In this document: piece after piece, positions 9,818-18,252 of the stretch
Layout of the letters: each line of letters opens with the position of its first letter
Position numbering within the stretch: the first letter of the stretch is position 1
DNA from: Planctomycetota bacterium
Lineage (GTDB): Bacteria; Planctomycetota; PLA2; JAEUHO01
DNA: 64,000 nt
Assembly (NCBI GenBank): GCA_050248855.1
Contig: JBFWRP010000008.1
Location: 1 to 64,000, forward strand
Direction: 5' to 3'
The notes under the pieces: model-generated
Databases searched by the model: none
The model's input: only the letters and a program-made list of their open reading frames with translations
What the model was told of the DNA's origin: nothing
Position numbers and translations under genes: made by a program

Positions 9818-10605
9818 TCGACGAAGCGGTGCGCATCGCGAAGGCCGCGGGCGAGACCCTGCTGCAGCGCTTCGGTCGCCTGGCCGCCGGCGAGATCGAA
9901 CGCATCGGCCGCCGCGACGTGGTCACGGCGGCCGATCGCGCCGCGGAGGACCTCATCACGCGCGAGCTTGCGCGCGCCACGCCGGGCGTGCCCGTCCTCG
10001 GCGAGGAAGCGGCGCGCGAGGCGGGCCGCGACGCCTTGCCCGAGGGCGCCTGCTGGATCGTGGACCCGCTGGACGGCACCGTGAACTTCGTCCAGGGGAT
10101 CCCGCTCTTCGTCGTGGCGATCGGGCTCGTGGAAGCCGGGCAGCCCGTCCTCGGCGTGGTCCACGCCCCTGCGCTCGGCGTGACCTGGTACGGGGCGCCC
10201 GGGAGCGGGGCCTTCGAGAACGGCCGCCCGGTCTCCGTCAGCGTCTGCCCGATGCTCGAGGACGCCATCCTCGCCACCGGCTTCGCCTACCGCCGCGACG
10301 AGCTGGCCGACGACAACCTCGCGAGCTTCGTGGCCATCGGCCGGCAGGTCCGCGGCATGCGGCGGATGGGCGCGGCGGCCCTGGACTTGGCCTACGTGGC
10401 CTCGGGCCGCCTGGACGGCTTCTGGGAGCTGCACTTGAAGCCCTGGGACGTGGCCGCGGGCGCTGCGCTCGTACGCGCTGCGGGCGGCACGGTCACGGAC
10501 CAGCGGGGCGGGGAGGACTGGCTGTTCGGCGGCCACGTCGTGGCCACCAACGGCCTCCTGCACGAAGCCCTGAGGACCCGCCTGGCGCCGCTCCAGGCCC
10601 TGTGA
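9814..10605 (+). CDS. suhB: Inositol monophosphatase family protein (SuhB-like)
   Basis: DVVTAAD, LGEE, WIVDPLDGTVNF, GAAALDLAYVA-G and WDVAAG. Confidence 0.88.
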   Translation: MIDEAVRIAKAAGETLLQRFGRLAAGEIERIGRRDVVTAADRAAEDLITRELARATPGVPVLGEEAAREAGRDALPEGACWIVDPLDGTVNFVQGIPLFVVAIGLVEAGQPVLGVVHAPALGVTWYGAPGSGAFENGRPVSVSVCPMLEDAILATGFAYRRDELADDNLASFVAIGRQVRGMRRMGAAALDLAYVASGRLDGFWELHLKPWDVAAGAALVRAAGGTVTDQRGGEDWLFGGHVVATNGLLHEALRTRLAPLQAL

Positions 10606-10631
10606 GCCGGCGCCTCGGGCGCGCGGATCCA

Positions 10632-10815
10632 GCGACCCCGGATGGGTCAGTTGTTCATGCCGACGGCAAAGCCCGTACGGAGGCGGGGAATTCTTCCGCA
10701 ACTTGCCGACGGGCACTCCCGCATGCCGAAGCGCAGGGCGGCAAGTTGCGGAAGAAATCCCCGCCTCCGTACTGCGTCTCGATGCGCGCGGCACCCCCTG
10801 ACACGCAGGGGTCGC
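10632..10815. repeat. Family D repeat unit carrying a nested 98-bp palindrome
   Basis: Inverted ends GCGACCCC..GTCAG / CTGAC..GGGGTCGC; the flanks of the nested element match 449-508 in reverse complement. Confidence 0.75.
10675..10772. mobile_element. 98-bp MITE/REPIN-like palindrome (diverged relative of family A)
   Basis: 34-bp arms (GTACGGAGGCGGGGAATTCTTCCGCAACTTGCCG, one mismatch between arms) and a 30-nt spacer. Absent from the homologous site at 474-477. Confidence 0.75.
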
Positions 10816-10893
10816 GGTACTCCGGCCGTCGACCGTCGGACTTCGGTGTCTGGTAGCTCCCCGCGGGTTCCGCGCTCGGGCTACGCCCTCGCG

Positions 10894-11161
10894 GCAGGGG
10901 GGGTGTTCCGGTCCGCCATCTTCCGCCCGCGCCAAGGGAAGCTTCCTCGGAGCGCCGCAGAGCAGCTGTTCCGCGCTCCCGCGCGGACTCGGTGCTCCGG
11001 CTTCGCCTCCGCAGCAGGGGGGGTGTTCCGGTCCGCCATCTTCCGCCCGCACAGGGGGAACTTGCTCGGAGCGCCGCAGAGCAGCTGTTCCGCGCTCCCG
11101 CGCGGACTCGGTGCTCCGGCTTCGCCTCCGCAGCAGGGGGGCTATTCCGTACCCCCCCTGC
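10894..11161. repeat. Tandem repeat of a ~120-bp unit (two copies plus a partial third ending in a hairpin)
   Basis: 10894-11013 is nearly identical to 11014-11132; hairpin GCAGGGGGG...CCCCCCTGC at 11133-11161. Confidence 0.9.
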
Positions 11162-11251
11162 ACCCCTCACGGTCCCCTGCACCCCTCACGGGGGACCGTG
11201 CATCTGGCGATCCGCACCCGCGCACCCCGGGCGGTGAGCGCACGCCTCGGC

Positions 11252-11279
11252 TTGACCCGGGGGTGGGTGGCCCTACCCT
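11252..11279 (+). promoter_or_regulatory. Candidate sigma70-type promoter for the XPB operon
   Basis: TTGACC-16 nt-TACCCT upstream of ATG 11355, which has a GGGAG ribosome-binding site. Confidence 0.5.
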
Positions 11280-11354
11280 CGCCGGTTTGACCGCCGCGGG
11301 GCGCACCCGTCCCGGGGCGGGGGCTCCGGGTCACCGCCCGGTCCCGGGAGACGC

Positions 11355-13115
11355 ATGGACCCCAGGTCCGAACGCCCCTTGATCGTCCAGAGCGACCGCT
11401 CCCTCCTCCTGGAGGTGGGTGGGCCGGCCTACGCGGCCTGTCGGGACGCCGTGGCCCCCTTCGCCGAGCTCGTGAAGAGCCCCGAGTACGTCCACACCTA
11501 CCGGATCTCGCCCCTCTCCGTCTGGAACGCCGCCGCCAGCGGCATGGCCGCGGACGAGATGGTCGATGTGCTCCAGCGCTTCAGCCGATTCGACCTGCCG
11601 GCCAACGTCGTCCGCGACATCCGCGACCTGCACGGTCGCTACGGGCGCCTGCGCCTGGTCAAGGCTCCCGCCGGCGCCGAGGGCCTCCGGCTCGAGGCCG
11701 ACGACCAGGTGCTGCTGGACCAGGTCCTCGCCAGCCCCCTCACGAAGGAGTACGTGAGCTCCGTCGAGGAGGCCCTGGCTGCCGCCAACGGGGCCCCGCA
11801 GCCCGCTCGCTCGCTGGCCGTGACGACCGGTCACCGCGGCGAGCTGAAGCGCGCCCTGGTGCGGCTCGGCTGGCCCGTTGACGACCTGGCCGGCTACGTC
11901 GACGGCGCCCCGCTGGCCATCCGCTTGGCCGACGAGCTGCCCGGCGGACGCGCCTTCGGTCTCCGCACGTACCAGCACGAAGCCGTCGAGCGGTTCCACC
12001 GCGACGGCAGCGTGTCCGGTGGGAGCGGCGTCGTGGTGCTGCCCTGCGGCGCCGGGAAGACCGTCGTGGGCCTGGGCGCCATGTCGCGGGTCGGGCGGCG
12101 CACGCTGATCCTCACCACCAGCCACACGGCGGTACGCCAATGGCACCGCGAGCTGCTCGAGAAGACCAGCCTGACCGACGACGAGGTCGGCGAGTACACG
12201 GGCGAGGTGAAGGAAGTCCGCCCCGTCACCATCAGCACGTACCAGATGCTGACGTGGCGCAAGCGCAAGACGGACGAGTTCCCGCACCTGGACCTCTTGT
12301 GCCAGGGGGACTGGGGCCTCATCGTCTACGACGAGGTGCACCTGCTGCCGGCGCCGGTGTTCCGCATGACGGCCGACATCCAGGCCACGCGTCGCCTCGG
12401 CCTCACTGCCACGCTCGTGCGCGAAGACGGCCACGAGGAGGACGTTTTCAGCCTGATCGGTCCCAAACGCTACGAGCTGCCGTGGAAGGTGCTCGAGCGC
12501 GAGGGCTGGATCGCGGAGGCGCGGTGCGTCGAAGTGCGCCTGGCGCTCGAGCCCGAAGACCGCAAGCGCTACGCGCTGGTCGATCGCCGTGCGCAGTTCC
12601 GCATCGCCGCGGAGAACCCGCGCAAGCGCGAAGCGCTCGAGCGCCTGCTCGGGCGCTACGCCGGCGAGCGCGTCCTGATCATCGGCCAGTACCTCGACCA
12701 GCTGCAGAAGGTCGCTCGCGAGCTGGACGTGCCGCTGATCACCGGTCGCACGCCGCGTGAGGAGCGCATCGAGCGCTACGCCGCGTTCTCAGGCGGGGCT
12801 GCACCGGTCCTCGTGGTCAGCAAGGTCGGCAACTTCGCCATCGACTTGCCCGAGGCGCGCGTGATCGTGCAGATCTCGGGCACGTTCGGCTCGCGCCAGG
12901 AAGAAGCCCAGCGTCTCGGCCGCGTGTTGCGCCCCAAGGCCGATGGTGGGGGTGCCTGGTTCTACACCTTGGTCAGCGAAGAAACCCTCGAGCAGGACTT
13001 CGCCCAACACCGCCAGCTGTTCCTCACGGAACAGGGCTACGCCTACCAGATCCTCGGTGACGACGAGCTGGTGGAGCACGCGGCCGCCGCGCGCGAGGAG
13101 ACCGCCCGCCGATGA
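11355..13115 (+). CDS. XPB/Ssl2/Rad25-family SF2 DNA helicase
   Basis: N-terminal PLIVQSD...ELVKSPEYVHTYRI domain, LPCGAGKT, DEVH, GLTATLVRED, SGTFGSRQEEAQRLGR. Confidence 0.93.
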   Translation: MDPRSERPLIVQSDRSLLLEVGGPAYAACRDAVAPFAELVKSPEYVHTYRISPLSVWNAAASGMAADEMVDVLQRFSRFDLPANVVRDIRDLHGRYGRLRLVKAPAGAEGLRLEADDQVLLDQVLASPLTKEYVSSVEEALAAANGAPQPARSLAVTTGHRGELKRALVRLGWPVDDLAGYVDGAPLAIRLADELPGGRAFGLRTYQHEAVERFHRDGSVSGGSGVVVLPCGAGKTVVGLGAMSRVGRRTLILTTSHTAVRQWHRELLEKTSLTDDEVGEYTGEVKEVRPVTISTYQMLTWRKRKTDEFPHLDLLCQGDWGLIVYDEVHLLPAPVFRMTADIQATRRLGLTATLVREDGHEEDVFSLIGPKRYELPWKVLEREGWIAEARCVEVRLALEPEDRKRYALVDRRAQFRIAAENPRKREALERLLGRYAGERVLIIGQYLDQLQKVARELDVPLITGRTPREERIERYAAFSGGAAPVLVVSKVGNFAIDLPEARVIVQISGTFGSRQEEAQRLGRVLRPKADGGGAWFYTLVSEETLEQDFAQHRQLFLTEQGYAYQILGDDELVEHAAAAREETARR

Positions 13116-15265
13116 ATGTCGGACACTCCGATCGTGATCCCCGTCGTCCCGCCGCCACGGCCGGCGCCGCCCGACCGGCGGCGGGCCGCGGCAACGGGGC
13201 CCCGCGCTCGAACGGAGCGGCCACCAAGGCGGCGCCGCTGGCCTTGCGCAAGCATCTCGATGCGCTGCGCGTGGCCGATCTCCGCGATGTCGCGGGGTTC
13301 TGGCTCGGCGAGGACGAGGTCGCGTCGGGCACGAAGAAGGACCTGGTCGAGCGGCTGGACGGCCTGCTGCACGACGAGGGCATCGTCTACCGCCGGGTCC
13401 GCACGCTCACGCGCAAGGTCCTGGATGTGCTCGTGCTCTTGCTCGGCCGCGAGGGGTACGCGAGCGACTTGCCCGGCCTCTTCCAGCGCCTGCCCGGTCA
13501 GGAGCCGGTAGCGCTGGAGTTCCACGAGGCGGAGGCAGGTCTCAAGGCGCTTGCACGCCGTGGCTTCGTCGGCGTGATCTCCACGCGCACGTCGCCCCGC
13601 GTGCTCTACGCCGTGCCCCACGAGCTGGGCAGCATGCTGACGGGCCTGTTCCGCGAAGAGACGCGCACCGTCGGCAGCGTCTTCGGCCTCGCCCGCCATC
13701 TCGCGGCGCTCAGTGCCACGGAGCGTCAGACCCTGCGCGGCTCGTTCCCCGCGTTGCCCGCGCGACCGGGCCCGGGCGATGTCGAGGCCGTGCTTGGAGA
13801 CGGCGGTGCCCCGTCGCGCTTTGCGGCGCTCGGTGCGGGCCTCGAAGCCGTCGTGCGCTACGCCATCGAGCACCACGAGGGCGTGATGCGGCGCGGTCGC
13901 TGGAGCCGTCGGGACATCCTGGCGGACCTGCGCTGGGACCGTCGCGCCTGGGAGCCGCTGCTCGAGGCGGCTGGCGTCGGCACCATCGCGCGGTTGGGTC
14001 TGGGGCCCTACGGCATCGCGTGCGACGACGAGGTGCTGGTCGTCTTCCGCGAGGTGCTCGAGGACTTCCACCAGCGCCAGCCGGATCCCGTCCCGGAGGC
14101 CGACCTCGTGCTGCGGGGCGGCTGCGATCTCGTCGCCGACCTGGGCTTCTACCTGGAGTCGATCCGTCGCCACCCCGTGCGTGTCAGCCGCGAAGGCGAG
14201 GTCTACAAGGCCGCGCTCAAGCGCATCCAGGCGGGCTTCGTGTTCCGCGAGAGCTCGCTGGCAGGGCCCGCAGAGGTTTTCGCCGAAGTGTCCGCCCAGG
14301 CCGAGCACCTGGGGCTCGTCACCACGGACGACGAGGGCTTCCTCTCGCTGCGCCCCGAGGCCGACCTCTTCCTGGCCAAGCCGCTCGACGAGAAGGTGCG
14401 TGCCATGACGCGTCTGGCGCTCGAGCAGGCCGGTCCGCAGGGCCGGAGCCTCCACCAGCGCGAGCTGCGTGGCCTGGTCGAGGAGCGCTTGAAGGCCGAG
14501 CCCCTGCGCTGGTGGTCCGGGCGGTCGCTCGCTTCGTCGTGCCGCCATCGCTACCTCGAGTCGCTGGACGACCGCGGCATCGCCGCGCGTCATCGCGATC
14601 GCTTTTTCTCGGCGTACTTCAGCGGGCGCGAGACGCCGGGGGATCTCCTCGACGAGCTCCAGCGCCACTGGCTGCCGCGCCTGTACCGGCTGGGCCTGCT
14701 CGACGTGGCCATGCGCGACGACCGCCCCGTCGCCTGGCGCCTGTCCACGTTGGGGGCGCGCGTGCTGGGGGTCGAGCTGCATGCGCTGGACACCGGCCTC
14801 GAGCCGCTGCTCGTCAACCCCGACTTCGAAGTGCTCGTGCTGCCCGAGGGCGATGTCAGCGACGTGGTGCACACGCTCGACGGCTTCGCGCAGCGCACCA
14901 AGACCGAGGACGTCGTCCACTTCCGTCTCACGCGCGAAGCGTTCGAGGCCGCCGTGGCCGCGGGTCGGGATGCGACGGCGTTCCTGACGTTCCTCGACGC
15001 GCGCGCACGCGGTGGTTTGCCGCAGAACGTCCGCTACAGCCTGGAAGCGTGGGCCGGCAGCGTCACGTTTGCCCTGCTCGAGCGCGGCGTGCTGCTGACG
15101 GCGCCCTCCGAGGAAGCCCTGGACCGGATCTTGGCCGTGCCGGGCATGGAGCCGCTGCTCATGCGTCGCCTGGGCGCGACCGAGGCCCTGCTGCGCGACA
15201 CGCCCACGGACCGCAAGCTGCTGACGGCCCTCCGCGAGCGCCACGTCGAGCTGCGCGGTCCGTAG
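13112..15265 (+). CDS. XPB-associated protein with a C-terminal Helicase_C_3-like domain
   Basis: ATGA overlap with XPB; LLVNPDFEVLV...FRLTREAF...LPQNVRYSLEAW resembles the XPB N-terminal domain. Confidence 0.75.
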   Translation: MNVGHSDRDPRRPAATAGAARPAAGRGNGAPRSNGAATKAAPLALRKHLDALRVADLRDVAGFWLGEDEVASGTKKDLVERLDGLLHDEGIVYRRVRTLTRKVLDVLVLLLGREGYASDLPGLFQRLPGQEPVALEFHEAEAGLKALARRGFVGVISTRTSPRVLYAVPHELGSMLTGLFREETRTVGSVFGLARHLAALSATERQTLRGSFPALPARPGPGDVEAVLGDGGAPSRFAALGAGLEAVVRYAIEHHEGVMRRGRWSRRDILADLRWDRRAWEPLLEAAGVGTIARLGLGPYGIACDDEVLVVFREVLEDFHQRQPDPVPEADLVLRGGCDLVADLGFYLESIRRHPVRVSREGEVYKAALKRIQAGFVFRESSLAGPAEVFAEVSAQAEHLGLVTTDDEGFLSLRPEADLFLAKPLDEKVRAMTRLALEQAGPQGRSLHQRELRGLVEERLKAEPLRWWSGRSLASSCRHRYLESLDDRGIAARHRDRFFSAYFSGRETPGDLLDELQRHWLPRLYRLGLLDVAMRDDRPVAWRLSTLGARVLGVELHALDTGLEPLLVNPDFEVLVLPEGDVSDVVHTLDGFAQRTKTEDVVHFRLTREAFEAAVAAGRDATAFLTFLDARARGGLPQNVRYSLEAWAGSVTFALLERGVLLTAPSEEALDRILAVPGMEPLLMRRLGATEALLRDTPTDRKLLTALRERHVELRGP

Positions 15266-15288
15266 CCGACGACGCCGTACGAAACGCC

Positions 15289-15371
15289 GTACGGTGCCAG
15301 AGCAAAAACTACCACCCGGGACCGCACCCGCGGTGCGGTCCCGGGTGGTAGTTTTTGCTCTGGCACCGTAT
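15289..15371. repeat. 83-bp palindromic element, family B
   Basis: Perfect 39-bp inverted arms with a 3-nt loop; shares TACGGTGCCAGAGCAA ends with 3708-3791. Confidence 0.92.
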
Positions 15372-17016
15372 GCGCGTCGGACTGCTCCTCCTCGGCTTGC
15401 TGGCGGGCTGGTCGGCATCGACCGGCCATGCGGAGCCGCCGTCCCGGGACGAGCTGGCCGAGCGCCTCGGTTCTCCCGTCGCCGAGGTGCGCCGCAGGGC
15501 GCTTGACGACCTGACGTTCCTCCCGCCCGACGACGCGTGCGCCTGCGTCGATGCATGGGCCGCGTCCCCTTCGCCATGGCTGCGGGCCGCGGCGCATGCC
15601 GTGCGCGCGCGCTGCCTGCGCGCCTCTGACGTCGAAGCGTTGCTCGGGGGCCTGCAGGACCCCGAGGCCTGCGTGGCGCGCGCCGCCGCGGAGTCGCTGC
15701 TCGCGGCCGCCCAAGCCGATCGCCTCGGCGCCGGTCCGCCCCTCCCACGCTCGCGTGCCCTGGGACCGCGCGCGCTGAGGGCCTTGATGCTCGCGTTCAT
15801 CGCGCGGCTCGAGGGAGCCGAGGTCGACGACCTCGGCTGGATCCTGCGCCTCGGAGAGGGCGCGGTAGCGCCCCTGTCCCTCGCGGCCATGGACGCGGAC
15901 GACGCCTCGCGCGCGCGGCGGGCCGCGTTGACGCTGATGGCCCGCTTGGGCGGCCTGGGTGCGCGGCGCGGCATCGCGGCCGGTGGGCCCGGCCGGTGGA
16001 CGGCCGACCTGCCCGTGTGGTGCGACGCGGTCCTGACCGCCGGCCCCGGGCCGGGTTTCGAAGAGGTGGAGGCGTGGCTCGATGCCGTCGTCCTGCCCAC
16101 CGAGCTCATGGACGACGGCTTCCGTCCGCGGCGAGGGCGTCCTCCCTGGCGTCGGCCGCGCGCCAACATGGCCGAGCTGCTCGCCCAGTTCGCCGAGGGC
16201 CGCCGGGAACGCGTCGAGGCCGTCCTCAGGGACTGGGTGGAGACGCAGGCCAGCGGTTGGTGGCCACCGACGCGCATCCAGGCCGTCCGGGCGTTCCTGG
16301 CGGTCGGCGAGCCGTCGGACGCCGATCTCGAGGAGCTGGTGGGCGCATCGATCCCGCCGCTGTCGCGCAGTGCGCGCGCAGGGGGCATGCACGACGGCCT
16401 CGCGGAGATCCTCCGGCTCCTCCTGCCCTGGCGGGAGACCAGCGAGGCGCTGCGGGAGGAGGCGCGCCGCGTCTCGAGCCGTACGCTGCCCCCGATCCAC
16501 CACGCGTGGTTGCGCTACCTGGCGGACGGCAGCCAGGCCGAGGGCCTTGCCGACGAGGCGCTGGAGCTGCTCACGGGCGTCCCGTCGCATCCCGAGAGGC
16601 AGCGCTTGGCGGCGTTCCTGCTGGACCGCGTCGGCGTGGCGCCGCCGGCCGCGCTGGAGGCCGCCGCGGCCAGCGACGACGGGGGCCTGCGCGCCTGGGC
16701 GGTCTACCACCGCGTCCGCCTCCCGGGTGACGCGGGAGAGGCGGCAGCCGCCGAGGCCCTCCTGGACCCCGACGACCGCGTCCTGTTGGCCGGTGCTCTC
16801 TCCGCACGCGTCGAGCTCGGCGTCCCGGTGCGGCGTCGTCTGGTCGAGCTGGCGGCCTTGGGCGAGACCCCGGTGGTACGTCGCCGGGCCGCCCGCGCCC
16901 TCTCGATCGCGTCCACGGCCAGCCGGGCCGACGGCGACTCCTCCGAGGACCTGGCCGAGGCCGGGCTCGACGAGCGCCTGGCCTGGCGCCACGAGGCTCT
17001 TCGCGCGCTCCGCTAG
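15370..17016 (+). CDS. Exported alpha-helical (HEAT-repeat-like) hypothetical protein
   Basis: Signal peptide MRVGLLLLGLLAGW; HEAT-like repeats such as L-DP--VRRRA--AL. Confidence 0.6.
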   Translation: MRVGLLLLGLLAGWSASTGHAEPPSRDELAERLGSPVAEVRRRALDDLTFLPPDDACACVDAWAASPSPWLRAAAHAVRARCLRASDVEALLGGLQDPEACVARAAAESLLAAAQADRLGAGPPLPRSRALGPRALRALMLAFIARLEGAEVDDLGWILRLGEGAVAPLSLAAMDADDASRARRAALTLMARLGGLGARRGIAAGGPGRWTADLPVWCDAVLTAGPGPGFEEVEAWLDAVVLPTELMDDGFRPRRGRPPWRRPRANMAELLAQFAEGRRERVEAVLRDWVETQASGWWPPTRIQAVRAFLAVGEPSDADLEELVGASIPPLSRSARAGGMHDGLAEILRLLLPWRETSEALREEARRVSSRTLPPIHHAWLRYLADGSQAEGLADEALELLTGVPSHPERQRLAAFLLDRVGVAPPAALEAAAASDDGGLRAWAVYHRVRLPGDAGEAAAAEALLDPDDRVLLAGALSARVELGVPVRRRLVELAALGETPVVRRRAARALSIASTASRADGDSSEDLAEAGLDERLAWRHEALRALR

Positions 17017-17087
17017 GAGGCCTGGCGCCCTGCTTGCGTGCGCTGCCCAGCCTGGGACCATGGAGCGCTTCGCAGCAAGGAGCGCAC

Positions 17088-17297
17088 ATGGCAGGCAATG
17101 GCGGCTACAAGCAGCGCAAGCGTCGTCTCGAGCGCAAGCGCCACCAGACCGAGAGCAAGGCGCGCGAGAACATCCGCCGCGTGCGCGTGCAGTTCGAGCA
17201 GAGGGGCCAGACCTGGGATCCCCGCAACGACGGGATCCAGCTGGCCGCGCTGAACCATTCGGCGCGCCGTCTGGTGCTGCAGAGCCCCGCCGTCTAG
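17088..17297 (+). CDS. Small basic hypothetical protein (69 aa)
   Basis: AAGGAG ribosome-binding site, coding-like codon usage, K/R-rich N-terminus. Confidence 0.65.
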   Translation: MAGNGGYKQRKRRLERKRHQTESKARENIRRVRVQFEQRGQTWDPRNDGIQLAALNHSARRLVLQSPAV

Positions 17298-17498
17298 AGA
17301 GCCGCTTCGCGGCCCTCTGGACATGATCTTGGCGGAGCCTGCCAAGGCAGGCTCACGCGGGAAGGCCGCCTCGCGGCACGTTGCACATGACGTTGGCGGA
17401 GCCTCTCGCGGCCGGCCACCCAGGTTGTCGAGATTCGGCCGGGCGCCGTGCACATTTCGACGCGAGGGTCGCCGTGGTTCCTGCGTAGCCTGGGACCC

Positions 17499-17717
17499 GT
17501 GCATCCCGACCGCCCGCCGCCCGATGCCGGGTCCGTTCCGCAGCGCGCCGATGCCGTGGCGCCCAAGCCCGAGGTGCTCGACGACCTCGCGCGGCGCATC
17601 GAGGCCTTGCGCCAGCAGCTGGCTGCCTTCGAGAAGACGCTCGCGGCGGCCACGGCGCCGCTCCGACCCAAGCCGCGCCTGCGCTGGCTGCGCGGAGGGC
17701 TCTGGCGGAGCCGCTGA
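17499..17717 (+). CDS. Small coiled-coil hypothetical protein (72 aa)
   Basis: TAGCCT 7 nt before GTG 17499; heptad-like LDDLARRIEALRQQL segment. Confidence 0.5.
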   Translation: MHPDRPPPDAGSVPQRADAVAPKPEVLDDLARRIEALRQQLAAFEKTLAAATAPLRPKPRLRWLRGGLWRSR

Positions 17718-17718
17718 C

Positions 17719-18210
17719 GTGCGGCCTCGTACCGCCCGGCGCGTAGGTGCGCGGCCGGCCGTCGTGCTTGCCTTGGTGCTGGCGGCCTGCGCCGAGGCGC
17801 CCGCACCCCCTGCGCTGGATGCAGGCGCCATCCACGCCGAGGTGCTGATCGCGCGCGGGGGGCCCGCCCTGCGCGAGCTGGCGACCCGGATCGCGGCCTA
17901 CGGCGACCCGGCCGTTCCCGTGCTCGTGGGGTGGCTCGATGACCCGTCCCGCAACGTGCGGGAGACGGCGGCCCATGCACTGGGCAACCTGGCCCCGCGA
18001 ACGCCGGAGGTGGTGCACGCGTTGGCGGCTCGTCTGGAAGACCCCGACGACTACGTGCGGTGGAAGGTCATCCGCGCGCTCGGTCGCCAGCGGGGCGCCG
18101 CCCGCGACCACCTGCCGGAGCTTCGCGCCATCGCCGAGGCCACCCGCGAGACCGAAGTGGTGCGTGCAGCTGCAGAGCGCGCCGTCTTGGAGATCGAAGG
18201 CGGGATGTAG
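17719..18210 (+). CDS. HEAT-repeat lipoprotein
   Basis: Lipobox-like VLAAC; repeats LDDPSRNVRETAAHALG and LEDPDDYVRWKVIRALG. Confidence 0.7.
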   Translation: MRPRTARRVGARPAVVLALVLAACAEAPAPPALDAGAIHAEVLIARGGPALRELATRIAAYGDPAVPVLVGWLDDPSRNVRETAAHALGNLAPRTPEVVHALAARLEDPDDYVRWKVIRALGRQRGAARDHLPELRAIAEATRETEVVRAAAERAVLEIEGGM

Positions 18211-18222
18211 AGCGGGCCAATA

Positions 18223-18252
18223 GGCCTACGGAGTCGGGCCTACGGACTTCCG
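18223..18252. repeat. Remnant of family A ends
   Basis: GGCCTACGGAGTCG followed by GGCCTACGGA, between convergent genes. Confidence 0.45.

Noticed and set aside
10642..11382. 246-aa ORF as a transposase or real gene
   Set aside because: It spans palindromic and tandem repeats and has no catalytic motifs.
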